A stretch of DNA of 63,075 nucleotides, filler included, from Basidiobolus ranarum (Eukaryota), in NCBI GenBank assembly GCA_040143965.1. It is 12 parts of 12 records of this genome, joined end to end, with 100 filler letters (N's around TTAATTAATTAA, not from the genome) between each part and the next. Parts side by side here need not be neighbours in the genome. Positions count along the whole stretch, not along the records: positions 36,901 to 42,061 come from JASJQH010008565.1; positions 42,162 to 47,320 come from JASJQH010008566.1; positions 47,421 to 52,578 come from JASJQH010008567.1; 9 more parts are not named here. One strand, 5' to 3'. The translations under genes were made by a program, and so were the position numbers. Under the pieces are notes generated by a model. It saw only the letters and a program-made list of their open reading frames with translations, searched no databases and was not told the origin of the DNA. This document shows positions 37,101 through 49,234 of the stretch, piece by piece (position 1 is the stretch's first letter; every line of letters begins with the position of its first letter).

Positions 37101-38391
37101 AAACTGTCAACTAGTTGATTCCCTCCTATCTTTACAAACAACCCAGTACATCTGCATGTATACGCCAAGACTTTGCATTTATTACTTATAATTTGATCTT
37201 GCTTCATTATTCTGACTTTATCATTAATTGCAAGTAATCCTGTTCTATAGATATTGTTAATGATGTTGCCTCGAATTACGGATTATACTTCAATTGTCTT
37301 GATTCACTATGCAAATTGAAGTATCAGCTAACTATTAATAAGATCTAAACAGAATTGATTGATTGGCTAGTAATTGCTTATTTATTTTTACCATTTTAAT
37401 GCGGTGATTGGCCTCTCTTCTAATGAGTATTTCTGATTATAAACAATGACTTTATGTGCGCATCAGTAATATTGAAAATCACTAATTATGTATTTAGTGA
37501 GTAATGCATAGATTTTTTTACTGATTACTTTTTGGTAATACGCAACCTAGTCAAAATTGATTAAATTATCTCAATATTATTTAACATTTAAGCAGGTATG
37601 CTAGCCACTAACCACAATACTAATCACTTTGTTTATGATATCGCTAACCACAATGTTAATAATTTATTGTGTAACCCAATCCGTTGTAATTATATCATTT
37701 AGCTCTGAAAGTAAAAAACTCATTGTGGGAGTAAGGCAATATAACTTAAATATTTATTTACTCAAAGCCATTCATCAAAAAAGGCAACACACATTCTTTA
37801 CCTAATCAAAGAGACAGAGCTCTCAGTATAGAAGCTAGGTGAGATATGTGATTTAATTTTAGCATAGTGTCTTTGGCATTATGCATCTTTAGTAGGGCAA
37901 TCCTCAACATACTCAGTACTTTCGATAGGTCATTATTGGAGAGGTCTACCCCCTTCTGTTTTGTATATTCTTAACGTTCGCTTAGTATACACTCCAATAT
38001 CACTCTACTCTTTTCACGTACTGTAACTTACTTGCCTTGATTGGGCTTTAGCAAGTACTTGAGAAGCAATTTGACACTTGCTAAGATGTGTGCAATACTA
38101 TTATTCTGTCACTTACTATTTACTATTGCAATTGCAAGTGTGGTCCATCTCTAAACAATCCATCCCACAACATTCAATACAATCTACATAAGTGCAAGGA
38201 TACTAATAGCGAACTAACACAATCAATAATTATGTTCAAATTACATCAATGTCCGCCTATGCAAGATGACGATTCAAGCAGATCAATATAAAGTCTCCTC
38301 CGTTGCTCCATGAAATACACAACATTGCCAGTCTACTAGCCCGCAACATTCTAGACTTTGACTTAACAGTTATTAGATAGCTTCCTACACA

Positions 38392-38694
38392 ATGAGAATC
38401 ATTATTGCTTTCGCACTACTTTTTACCATCACCAGCACTTGGGATATAAACAAAACCAGTGCTGAATGTAAAGGAATAACTGTTCCTGGAATATTGGATA
38501 CTCGTACTGGAAGCTTTTTGGGTGGAAGATTGAAGTCTAATTGCGTGGTTAAATACTGCACATGTTCAGTTCAACCATCAGGCTCAATTTTATCACCAAG
38601 GGTTTGCAGTTTCCAATGTTCTGATAGGAAATGCAAATATACAGCGGTATTTAACTCAACTTCAGCGCGTGAAATCAAGTGGTTGTCTTGCTGA
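38392..38694 (+). CDS. Small secreted cysteine-rich protein (100 aa, 8 Cys)
   Basis: Hydrophobic N-terminus MRIIIAFALLFTITS, eight Cys ending in a terminal Cys, and TATAAA about 100 bp upstream. Confidence 0.75.
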   Translation: MRIIIAFALLFTITSTWDINKTSAECKGITVPGILDTRTGSFLGGRLKSNCVVKYCTCSVQPSGSILSPRVCSFQCSDRKCKYTAVFNSTSAREIKWLSC

Positions 38695-39207
38695 AACTTT
38701 GCAAGAGAGTGATTGCACATGATATATGCACATGATATACATTGTAAATAATAAAACTTCTAGTGGTAACATATTGAAGAGTCTCTGAATGTTCAAACTC
38801 TTTATCGAGTAAGATTTGTTAGTCACACGTATCTTATCATATCAACCGATACACAAATTAAGAATTTCTAATCCTTCAAAGTGGCTAGAGTAAGAATGAA
38901 AAATGTTACGTGACAATTAATTTAAGATAAGATGTCTAATTAATCAATTGAAAATTCGACTACGTATTATATCTATACTTATCGAATATTTTAGTAATAT
39001 ACTTGAATAAGTGTAACACAAGCCATTTTCTCAATGCTACCATCAGTTCTACCGTCAGTCTCATACTACTATTTATAAAAGCCAAGTACTTATAAAATAT
39101 ACGCTAATAAATTAATAATACATTGATCAATAACTCAATGTTATAAGTTATATATATGTTATAAATATATATACAAATGAGTATATACATGGAAAAACAT
39201 CACAACT

Positions 39208-39669
39208 ATGCATCTTGAACTTGGCTTACAAGGTTTTACTGGTTAAAGTATCAAGTGCTGTTCCTTCGGGTAGATATTCTAATCGTTATGGAAGTGCAAT
39301 GCAACCAGAGGAATCAACCGACTATAGCCAAGGCCAAATTTCCTCCGCTCAGCAGACAGAAAGTGTTCAAACTCAGTTCCACTACTCAAGCAAGTGTTTA
39401 CTACCGTTACCAGAAAGCATGATAACTTGAGCAATGCAAATATCAATGGTCAAGGAAATTCTGACCTCGAGTATCAGTCGGGACCTAGCTTTGAAGTTGA
39501 AGGTAGCAGTGAAAAATTGGACCAAGAAGAAGTTGAAAATTTGGGGTCAACTAGAAGTAGCACTATTCCACCAGGGTTGTATGATGCACCGCAGGACCCT
39601 GATAGTGTTCAGCACAAGCAGGTCATGCTCTGTCCGATTCGAATCAGTTTGATCAAGCCCAGACAATAG
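39208..39669 (+). pseudogene. Secreted acidic protein gene, copy 1 (frameshifted)
   Basis: Aligns with copy 2 (VPSGRYSNR, KQVFTTVTRKHD, PSFEVEGS) but has short frameshifting deletions near 39230 and 39376. Confidence 0.7.
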
Positions 39670-40528
39670 ATCAAACGTTATATCAGCCTTCGCAGCCCAT
39701 TGAACAAGAGGAGCCTGCTTCATCCGAAGAACCAGAGCAGCCCAAATCTTCAGGCTCAAGGTGTAGTAGGTGTAGTTAAAAATATGATGTATGACTTACT
39801 AATCCATTTTTTCTCACCATATAATCACCTTGTATTCATTAATATCCAGCATGAAGCAATAAACCATTTTAAGCTCCAAACTATAAACAATTCTATTTCT
39901 TCTACAGAGGCCCTGGTCAGTTTTAGAGGTAATGAGATTAATGCTAGTCTCGTCCTGACCATGTTATGTATATATTCAAAGGATAGTTATCTGCTCTAAG
40001 TGCGACAATATAACACACTAATCAGACAAATCAAGAGGGCATTCAATAAATGCTTCAATAAGTGATAAAAGTAAAAGCATTTCTCTTACCTATCATCCGG
40101 ATTATATATAACAACATAGCCTAATCTTATATGCCAACATGGCCTAATCTACAGTAGGATCAAGCAAATTCATTTACATTCAGTTACGCATTTACATTCT
40201 TCAGTTACGCATTTACTACCGATAATGAAGATAGTCCCTACGTGAAGTTGTGCTATTGTTGTATGAATCTGTTAAGTAATATGCTTGAATAAGTGTAGAA
40301 CGAGTCATTTTGTCAACGCCACCATCAGTACTACCATCACTAGAGTACTGATATTGATAAAAACCAAATACTCGGTAGGATAGTTTAAGATCAGTCCACA
40401 TGCTAATAAATTAATCGATGATATTATATTGATCGATAACTCAGTGTTATAAGCTTGATATACCGCATTTTTCAATATAAATACCAATGAACATACATAC
40501 GGAAGAAAATTAACGAATACATACAAAT

Positions 40529-41060
40529 ATGCACGTCACATTAGGCCTACTGCTCACTGCAGTATTGCTTGCCAAAGTTTTTGTGGCAGTTCCCTCAGGC
40601 AGATACTCTAATCGTCATAGAAAATCAATTTTATCTGAGCAACCAGATGATAAGACTTCCTCTGTTGAGCAACCAGTAAGTGTTGAAAGTCAGCCAGACC
40701 CAGTTCCGTTACTCAAGCAAGTATTCACTACTGTAACCAGAAAACATGATGACTTGAATGATGCAAGTATCAATAGTCAAGGAACTTAAGTTCCAGTCCG
40801 TACCTAGCTTTGAAGTTGAAGGTAGCGGTGTGAAATCCAACCAGGGAGACTTTGTTGACTCTGGGCCATATGGTGGTAATTAGATTACACCAGGAATGTA
40901 TGAAACACCACAAGATACTGAGAGCGGGATGGAAATGACTACAACACCACCTGCGGATGATTTCAGCTCTGAAGATACTTTACCGCCTCAAGCATCAGAT
41001 TCAGGGTTCAACAACATTCCTTCCTTGTTAGTGGCCCTACTTTATGCTGTGGGCACTTAT
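40529..41060 (+). pseudogene. Secreted acidic protein gene, copy 2 (frameshifted near 40785)
   Basis: Intact signal peptide MHVTLGLLLTAVLLAKVFVA. An apparent 8-nt deletion relative to copy 1 gives TAA at 40787, and homology resumes in another frame. Confidence 0.65.
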
Positions 41061-42161
41061 AAGACTGCTTATTTCTTATATATAACTAATTTTAATAATA
41101 TGGTCCCTGAATAGGATCCAGTGTCAATGCTTGTGTATATATTCTTGTGTTTAATAATGCTAGTATTTTCCCACCATCCTTCCCATGATCCATATTGACG
41201 GAATCTCTTTAGAACCAGAACAAGATTCTTAGTAATGGCATAAGAACAAAGTTACACTAATTACAAAATCGACCAGAGTTCCCGTATATCATTGACGTGA
41301 AATCCACGCCCACTCCAGCAAATTTGCTAACATTGAAATTTCAATATTCACATCAAATTTTGAGTCTTTTACAAAGATATTTATATAGAATGCTAGAGGA
41401 TTGAAGAAAATAACAAACCGGCTCAAGATGTTAGCCATAATCATGTTGGAAATTAGCCATAATAATGGCAATATTTTTACATGATCCATATCTACAGAAT
41501 CTGTTTGTGACCAATACAACATGTACAAGTGTAACTCACGCCTACTAAAGTTACAGTTGCTCTATGTCACATGGGATATTGTTATTGTCCTAGGTACTTT
41601 GGTTACATTGGGGAGAAAGTGATGTTAGTTACTGTATACTTCAATTACAAAGATTCAGGAAATGACTTGGCCCATTGGTAGTAAATGCGGCATGTGAAGT
41701 GCTTGTACTATGATGCCATATAGGTCCCACTCCACGACTATCCTATAAATCAACAACACCAAGCGCGTGTTAGATAATCAAGCCTTGAGGAAGTCAAGCA
41801 CGGAAGAAGTAATACTAATATTCACACACAATCTATATCTGTATATGTATATGATGTGTATCTACGCAATCTCTTGGCAAACAGTACATGGCAACCAATA
41901 CATGGCAACCAGTAGACAATTTCTGGCAATGGCTGAGAGGTAGTGCTACGTTTATAAGTAAATCGTTGTTACCAACACTTGTGTGTACTGCATCATCATC
42001 AGTTGGTTTGAACTATACTATTCTTTGTAACATAGGATTTTGTTTACTCTCACAATCTGGANNNNNNNNNNNNNNNNNNNNNNNNNNNNNNNNNNNNNNN
42101 NNNNNTTAATTAATTAANNNNNNNNNNNNNNNNNNNNNNNNNNNNNNNNNNNNNNNNNNNN

Positions 42162-43933
42162 ATTGATAAAAGTGAACTAATTGATATTTCTATCAATTAG
42201 AGCAATAAACATGTGTTTTTGAATGACAGAATAGAGTGCTAAATATTCACAATATGAATAAAGTAACTACCAAATAATGAGTTACTATTTATCTAATTTC
42301 AACAATTTTGCGCCAAAATGCATGAAATTTGGATTAATTTCTCATGGGGATCTATTGGTGTAGATACAGCCTTGCTATTCTCCATGTCAAATATTTTCAG
42401 GATGATTAGGATGTATCTAGGATCAATAAACATGATTTTTTGTCCAGGTTTATCTCTCTTGATTTGTGTTTCAGGGAAATAGCTTGATTCATCCGTATTG
42501 CCTATCTGAACTTGGTTTGATAAGCTTAATTTTGTCAAATTAAGTGCTTCTACCTTGTTTGTAGCTATGATCAAGTCATCCAAATATAGTTCAAGATAAG
42601 GATCTCATTTACAGTTATTATGATGTAAATACTGTGACCTGCTGTGCATTTTTGCAAATCCAGTGATTCTCAGTAGGTATCCATCTTTTTGCACTATACC
42701 CTCTGTGCTTGTTTGAGTCCACACAGCTCTGTTTGAAGTCTACATACCTTATCAGGGTTTTGGGGTCTACAAATACATCTGATTGCCATATATGGTTCTC
42801 TTCTTCTATATTTCCATTCAAAAGGTCTGTTTTTACATCCATTTGAAATGAGTGAAGGTTGTGAAAGGCTGAGACTGCTAGGTTTTATCTATTGGAGTTA
42901 AACGTAACTACTGGAGTCACAGTTTCATTAAATCCAAATCCTGGAGTCTGGCAGTAAAATTTTGAAAGCATTCAATCAGTTCCTAAGCTTATTGCTTCTT
43001 CTGGATGAACTTCTATGACCTGATGCATCCTCTGATTTTAAAGGGGAGCAAATTAGGTTTGAATTGGGCTGAGAAACAGCTGGAAATTTTCAAGGCACTT
43101 CCTGGATAGTGCTGATTGAATTCTCTGCATCAAGGACTCTGATTTGGGGTCAGAGTTTGCCTTTTTATCAGATATCATAACTAGGCACTGAATTAACTTG
43201 TGATTCTTGGTATCAAACAGTCTGTACACATTAGATTCATGACAATTACCAACAAATAAGCATTTACTGATATTGAGCTCCAGCTCAGAGCATTTTTGTG
43301 CTGGAATTAGGCAATATGCTGTGCAACCAAAGATCTTGAGATGATCCACACTAGGTTATGAGCCATACAGGGCTTCAAAGGAGTAGAATTTTATAGCAAT
43401 CTTATTGGGCATCTGTTTTTGATATAGACAGCAGTACAGACAGATTCACCTCAAAGTTAGTAAACAAACTTTTGATCATGTGATATTGATCTTACCTTCT
43501 CTACTGGGGTCCTATTTTCACGTTCAGCAATTTGATTTAGCCATGGAGTGTAAGGCACAGTAGATTGTTGCTTAAGTCCAAGTTAGAACAAAAACTAGTG
43601 GAGTCTTTAGAGCAGGAATCTTCACCATTAGCACTCCTTGGTAACATTATTCTTTGTGCTCATTCCTTATGTACCATTGCTATATAGTGCTTGTATGTAT
43701 TTAAGGCTCCAAATTTTGATTGGAGAAGGAATACCCAAGTATATCAGGTTTTTTCATTAATAAGGGTCAAAGAGTACTTTTTGCCACCTAGTAAGATGCT
43801 CTTCATGGCCCCAAAGGTCAGAGAGTCTCAGGGCAAAATTCTGAGTTGCTTTGATCTTTCCAGAATTTGAAAACAGCTGTCCGTCTTGTTTTCCATATAT
43901 GCATCCTTCACACAGATCAAATTTGATGATATT
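42162..43933 (-). mobile_element. Decayed Ty1/copia pol (GAG-pre-integrase, integrase, RT) ending in a family A LTR (42162-42304)
   Basis: CEGCIYGKQ, VPYTPWLNQIAERENRT, HLKIFGCTAY, MDVKTDLLNGNIEEE, DDLIIAT and MENSKAVSTP. Confidence 0.92.
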
Positions 43934-45715
43934 TGCTGAAATAGGAAAATAGCAGCTCATTGTTTGGTAGTTAGTGTATTCCTATTCTGCTTATTTAAAA
44001 CTCATTTCTGTCATTCAAAACATGTGTTCATTGCTCCAATTGAAAGAAATATCAATTAGATCACTTTGTCCAATTTTCACTATTTTCTCACCACTTCTCC
44101 AAATCATCTCATATTTTCACCCATGCTTAACAGGCATGCTTGTTATGACCTGCACATGTCCAATAGTCCAATATTCCAGTACACTATCAACAGGACACAT
44201 TTATTACAATAAAATCTAAGTGTCTAACTCAAATTTCCAAATCTTGTTAAAAACACTTCCAAATCCTGTTAACACTTTTATCAGATTTTGTGCCCTGAGC
44301 CAGATGTTAAAGGAATATCTACTAATACTATTTTCAATATTTTTGCATCCACAGAGAAGTTTGACAGTCACAACTTTCACCTTTGGAAGTTTAAGATGCT
44401 TATAGCAATAAAAGATAAGGACTGTTGTGGATTTCTTTCAGGAGAAGAAATAGAGCCAAAGGAGGCACCAGAAGCTATCCTTGCCATTCACAAGAAGCAG
44501 AAGAAAGCACTCTCTTCACTTTGTCTATACCTCAGAAATTAATCCAAATTTCATCCATTTTAGCTCAAAATTGTTGACATCAGATAAATAGCAACACATT
44601 ATTTAGTAGTTACTTTATTCATATTCTGATCATTTAGCACTCAAAGCTGTCAATCAAAAATGTGTGTTTCTTGCTCTAATTGATAAAAATATCAATTAGT
44701 TCACTTTTACCAATTCTCACTATTTCCTCAAAACTTCTCCAAATCACCTCAAATTTTCACCCATGCTTGATGGGTATGTTTATTATAATCTAAGCACATT
44801 CAATAGTCCTATTTTGTAGTAAACTATAAATAGGACATATTTAATTCAATAAAACTCAAGTGTCTATTTCACAAATCCAAATCCTGTCCCAAACCCATCC
44901 AAATCCCATAAACACTTTTATCAGGTTCTGAGCCTCAAGCTAGCTATTAAAGGAACGTCTACTAGTACTATTACAAACGTTTTGCATCCACAGAGAAGTT
45001 TAACGGTGAAGAATGCCACCTTTGGAAGTTCAAGATGCAAATGGTGCTAGAAGACAAGGACCTCTGGGGATTTGTTACAGAAGAAGAAATAAAGCCAAAG
45101 GGACCACCAGAAGCTATCCTTGCCTTTCACAAGAAGCAGAAGAAAGCACTCTCTTCACTTTGTGTATACCTTGGAGAACCTCAGATGAGGCATATACATG
45201 CTGCCAAAAATTTCAAATCTGGTTCAAAATGCCTGAGGTCTAGGAAGTCAAAAGTAAGCTGATAAAACCATAGAAGGGTACAAAGCAAGCTTAGATGGAT
45301 CAGGTTATTTCCTAACTCCAGAAATTGATCTTTATGAAACCTTTGCTACAGCATCAAGGTTTAGCTCTGTTAGAACAATCCTGGTACTTTCAGCCATCCA
45401 TGATCTTGATACACATCAAATGAATGTAAAGACCCCCTTCCTGAATGGAAATCTAGAAGAAGAGTTTTATATCAAGCAACCAGATGGATTTGTTGACCAA
45501 AAACATCCTGATATGGTCTGTAAACCTCAAAAACTACTATATGATCTCAAGCTAGCACTCAGGACATGGTACAACAAGATAGATATTGATTGGAAACCAC
45601 TGGACTTCCAAGAATGCATAACAAGTCACAGTATTTACATTAAAACAGCTGGAAAGTTGTTTCTTATCTTGGCACTATATGTTAATGACTAAATTATAAC
45701 AACCAATGATATTGA
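43934..45715 (+). mobile_element. Tandem copia unit: LTR (43934-44283), PBS, gag 5', LTR (44572-44923), PBS, gag 5', RT fragment
   Basis: Both LTRs run TG...TTTTATCA and are followed by GGTTATGGGCCC-like primer-binding sites (gattttgtgccc; ggttctgagcc). Gag reads EKFNGEECHLWKFKMQMVLEDKDLWG; RT reads MNVKTPFLNGNLEEEFYIKQPDGF. Confidence 0.92.
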
Positions 45716-47320
45716 TGCTAAAAGTTTTTAGGGGATTTGGAAGCGTTTTGAACAAGATATGGATTTATGACTTTGACATTTAAGTATTAATGAATTGAAT
45801 ATGTACTTCTTAAAGTTTGCTATGTAATAAGACTATTGAATATGCTTAGATCACAACAAATCTGCCCATTAAGCATGGGTGAAACTTTTTGGTAATTTGA
45901 ACACATTTTGAGAAAATAGTGAAAATTGGTAAAAATAGTCTGATTGATATTTCTACAAATTAGAGCAATAAATACACAATTTAGAATGGCAGAGTTGGGT
46001 ACTAAAAACTCAGAATATGATTAAATTAACTACTAAATAATAAGTTGCTATTTACCTGGTTTCAACATTCCCACCAAACTAATTATTGTATTTCAGTTAA
46101 ATCTAACTTATACCTTGATAATTCAAATTGTGCCTTAGCTCAAGGTTTGGTTGAGATGTTAGCACTAATTTCTTCTGTAGGGCAATAGACAAGTTCAAAT
46201 ATATCATCCTCTTGTTTCTTCAACAAATTGATGCCTAAAATCTATGTGTTTTGCTCTTGCATGAAATATAGGGTTTTTAGCTATCAAAATACAACTGGAT
46301 TATCTCCAAATACAGTACTAGTATGTTCTTGCATGTATCCTAAGTGTGCAAATAACTTGCTTAAGCACATAGCTTCTTGTGCAGTAACAGAGGCATGCAT
46401 ATACTCTGTTTTTGTAGTGGAAAGTGCTATGGATGGTGCTTCTTACTTTTCCAAGCTATGGCCCAATTACCACAGGAAATGTGTACCCAGTTGTTGATCT
46501 TCTATCATCAACATTCTTTCCCCAGTCTACATCACTGTAGCCCTGAAAGTTTTAAGCATCAGGAGTGCCAGAGTATTGAAGAACTCAAACTACGGTTCTT
46601 CTCAAATACCCTAATATCTGTTTTACTGCAGTATTGTGCATAGATCCTGGATTTTTGAGATATTGGCTTAGAGTTCCCACTGCCACAGCCATGTCGGGAC
46701 CTGTTCCAACCATTGAATGATTAAACTGCCCACTATGAATTGAAAAGCAGCTCCTGGCTTTGATTGAGTCATTTTGGGTCAAATCAGAGGAAATTTTCAT
46801 CAACTTCATATTGGTATCCATTGGTGTTGATACAGGCTTGCTATTCTCCATGTTGAAGCATTTTAGGATGTCTTAAATATATATAGACTGATTCAGCATG
46901 ATCTTCTAGATTGGCTTATCTCTCTTGATTTGGATTCCAAGGAAAGAACTTCATTTACTCATATCAGTCATGTAAAATGGTTTGAAAAGCTTTTTTTGTC
47001 TGATTAGCCACTTCTAGTTCATTTCTGGATATGATAAGTCATCCATATATAGGGCAAGCTCTCTTAATTTTGATTCCATGAAAATAACTTAATTTAGCCA
47101 TAGCAGTCATCTGAAATTGGTTTGATAAGCTGCTTTTTATCTTATTAAGAGCTTCTACATCATTTGTGGCTATGATCAAGTCATCCACATTGAGTGCCAA
47201 GATAAAGATCCTATGCCTTGTTGTCTTGATGTAAATACCATGATCTACTGTGCATTTTGGAGTTACTTTAATTCAAAATAGATCTATCTTGTTTTAACAT
47301 CCCCTGGGTACTTGCTTGAG
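45716..47320 (-). mobile_element. Ty1/copia 3' half (RT, RNase H, PPT, 3' LTR 45716-46067)
   Basis: VDDLIIAT, MENSKPVSTPMD, ALSTTKTEY and VYCPTEE, then purine-rich gtttggtgggaa immediately before TGTTGAAA. Confidence 0.92.
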
Positions 47321-47420
47321 NNNNNNNNNNNNNNNNNNNNNNNNNNNNNNNNNNNNNNNNNNNNTTAATTAATTAANNNNNNNNNNNNNNNNNNNNNNNN
47401 NNNNNNNNNNNNNNNNNNNN

Positions 47421-47546
47421 TATATCTTCATACTTCTAAGTAAATTCCTCATGAGAATAATGGATAATATATTAGTTCAATATAAGATAACTAAGTACTA
47501 AGCTATATATGACTATATAGGTGTTTAGGCAATGCTAATTTCAACA
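47421..47546 (-). mobile_element. Family B LTR 5' part, inverted, cut by contig edge
   Basis: Reverse complement of 47649-47774 with three mismatches counted by eye. Confidence 0.92.
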
Positions 47547-47648
47547 GAGAATATGTTCAGAAATGTCCCAGAAGCATGTGTACAAAGTTTTAGGACTTTT
47601 GGACAAGTTTGAGAAAATCACATGATCTTTAAACTTTCAAGTAAATTC

Positions 47649-47968
47649 TGTTGAAATTAGCATTGCCTAAACACCTATATAGTCATATATAGCTTAGTAC
47701 TTAGTTATCTTATATTGAACTAAGATATTACCCATTATTCTCATGAGGAATTTACTTAGAAGTTTGAAGATATATAGATTCTTCAAAGAAGCCCCAAACT
47801 TTGCACACATGTTCCTGGGACCTTCCTTAACACATTCTACCCGTCAGTTTGTTTACATCTTGACAAAACTATAAATGTCAACTTTCTACTCAATAAATCA
47901 ACAAGTGAAAACCACCAATTTCTCTAATTCTCCAAATCACTTCCAACAGGCTCCCAAATACTTTAACA
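47649..47968 (+). mobile_element. Solo LTR (family B) with a 5-bp target-site duplication
   Basis: TGTTGAAA...TTTAACA flanked by AATTC at 47644-47648 and 47969-47973. Confidence 0.93.
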
Positions 47969-49234
47969 AATTCCTCATGAAGATATTAAGTAATAATAGA
48001 GTGAAATTTAGATAGCCAGCTATATGATTATATAGATGCTTAAGCTGCCATTTTCAACATTAACTTATTGTTTGTAATGATCCTAAACACTTCGAATTCA
48101 TGTCAAATATTAATGATATTACTGACAAGTCAAGCATTACTTGATACCTGTAGTTTCTTTTCGATAGTGCTTCTGATCATAACTTCCAAATAATTCATTT
48201 CTCTTACAGGAAGTGAGTCTTGTCCAATATGTATCCTTTACATCTCAGAGTTTCTTGAGAGCAGGCTTCATAGAGAAAAGAGACTAATGTATCATTGGGA
48301 TTACGCTAGAAAGGATGCTTAAGGTTGGAAAGGTAAGCTGATATGTATATCAGGCTTTCATATACTGGTTGTGATAGAATAGTCATTTAATTCTGGTAGC
48401 AAGGGTCTTATATTGGTAACACACGAAACCCTAACCTCAATTGCCAATTGCAACAAGAGACTTAAGTAAAGCATATAATCAAACAAACTCTGCTTGCACA
48501 AATACATGTCACAGTATATGATCCAGAACACGGGAAATTATGAATGCCCATATTATTGTAATGACATGCCTTTGACATCCAAGAGCTACTCATAGGAGTA
48601 TACCCAGAATGCGATTATTAAGGTGAAACAATCAAAAGTGTTTAGAACAGCACAGTGCCGTACAGCTAGGCTAATTCGAAGGTCTGATTGAACTTTCTTG
48701 GTTCAAGCCCCCTTGAAATCTCTATTAGGATATAGTTAGTGGATCTATCTACAATCGAATATACTGGTTGCAAGGCATCCGGCTACTCTGGATTTAGTAA
48801 GTACCAACCTATTCAGATTGGTGGGAATCTGGCGCACCTTTTAAGAACCTACAGCAAATGAGTGGTGTCCGCAGTGAAGGTGGGGCTGTAGGAGGTAAAT
48901 TGGATTTTATTGGGCGAGCAATGATGTGTAAGTGGAGATAATATGGTAACTGATTGTATCGATTCGAACCGAATTTAGCCTATTCAGCTAATAATACCCA
49001 TTCGGAAATCACGGCAGAATCCGCAGCTGTGCTGGCCATTAACTACCATCCAGACGTAGCTCTGTCAAAGTGGGCCCGCAAAGGTTGATATTAACTGGTA
49101 TATGCATTTATTTAGACAATATAATGATGCTTCTAAAGTGATGTGTGTGCGAGTATGTGATGGTTTGAAGAATGTGTGCTTGGATAGCATTGGCAGTTGC
49201 TAATCAGGACAAGGGGACGAATATGCGATAGGTA

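Noticed and set aside
43354..43364. ggttatgagcc as a primer-binding site
   Set aside because: It lies inside minus-strand integrase sequence with no adjacent LTR end, so it is probably coincidental.
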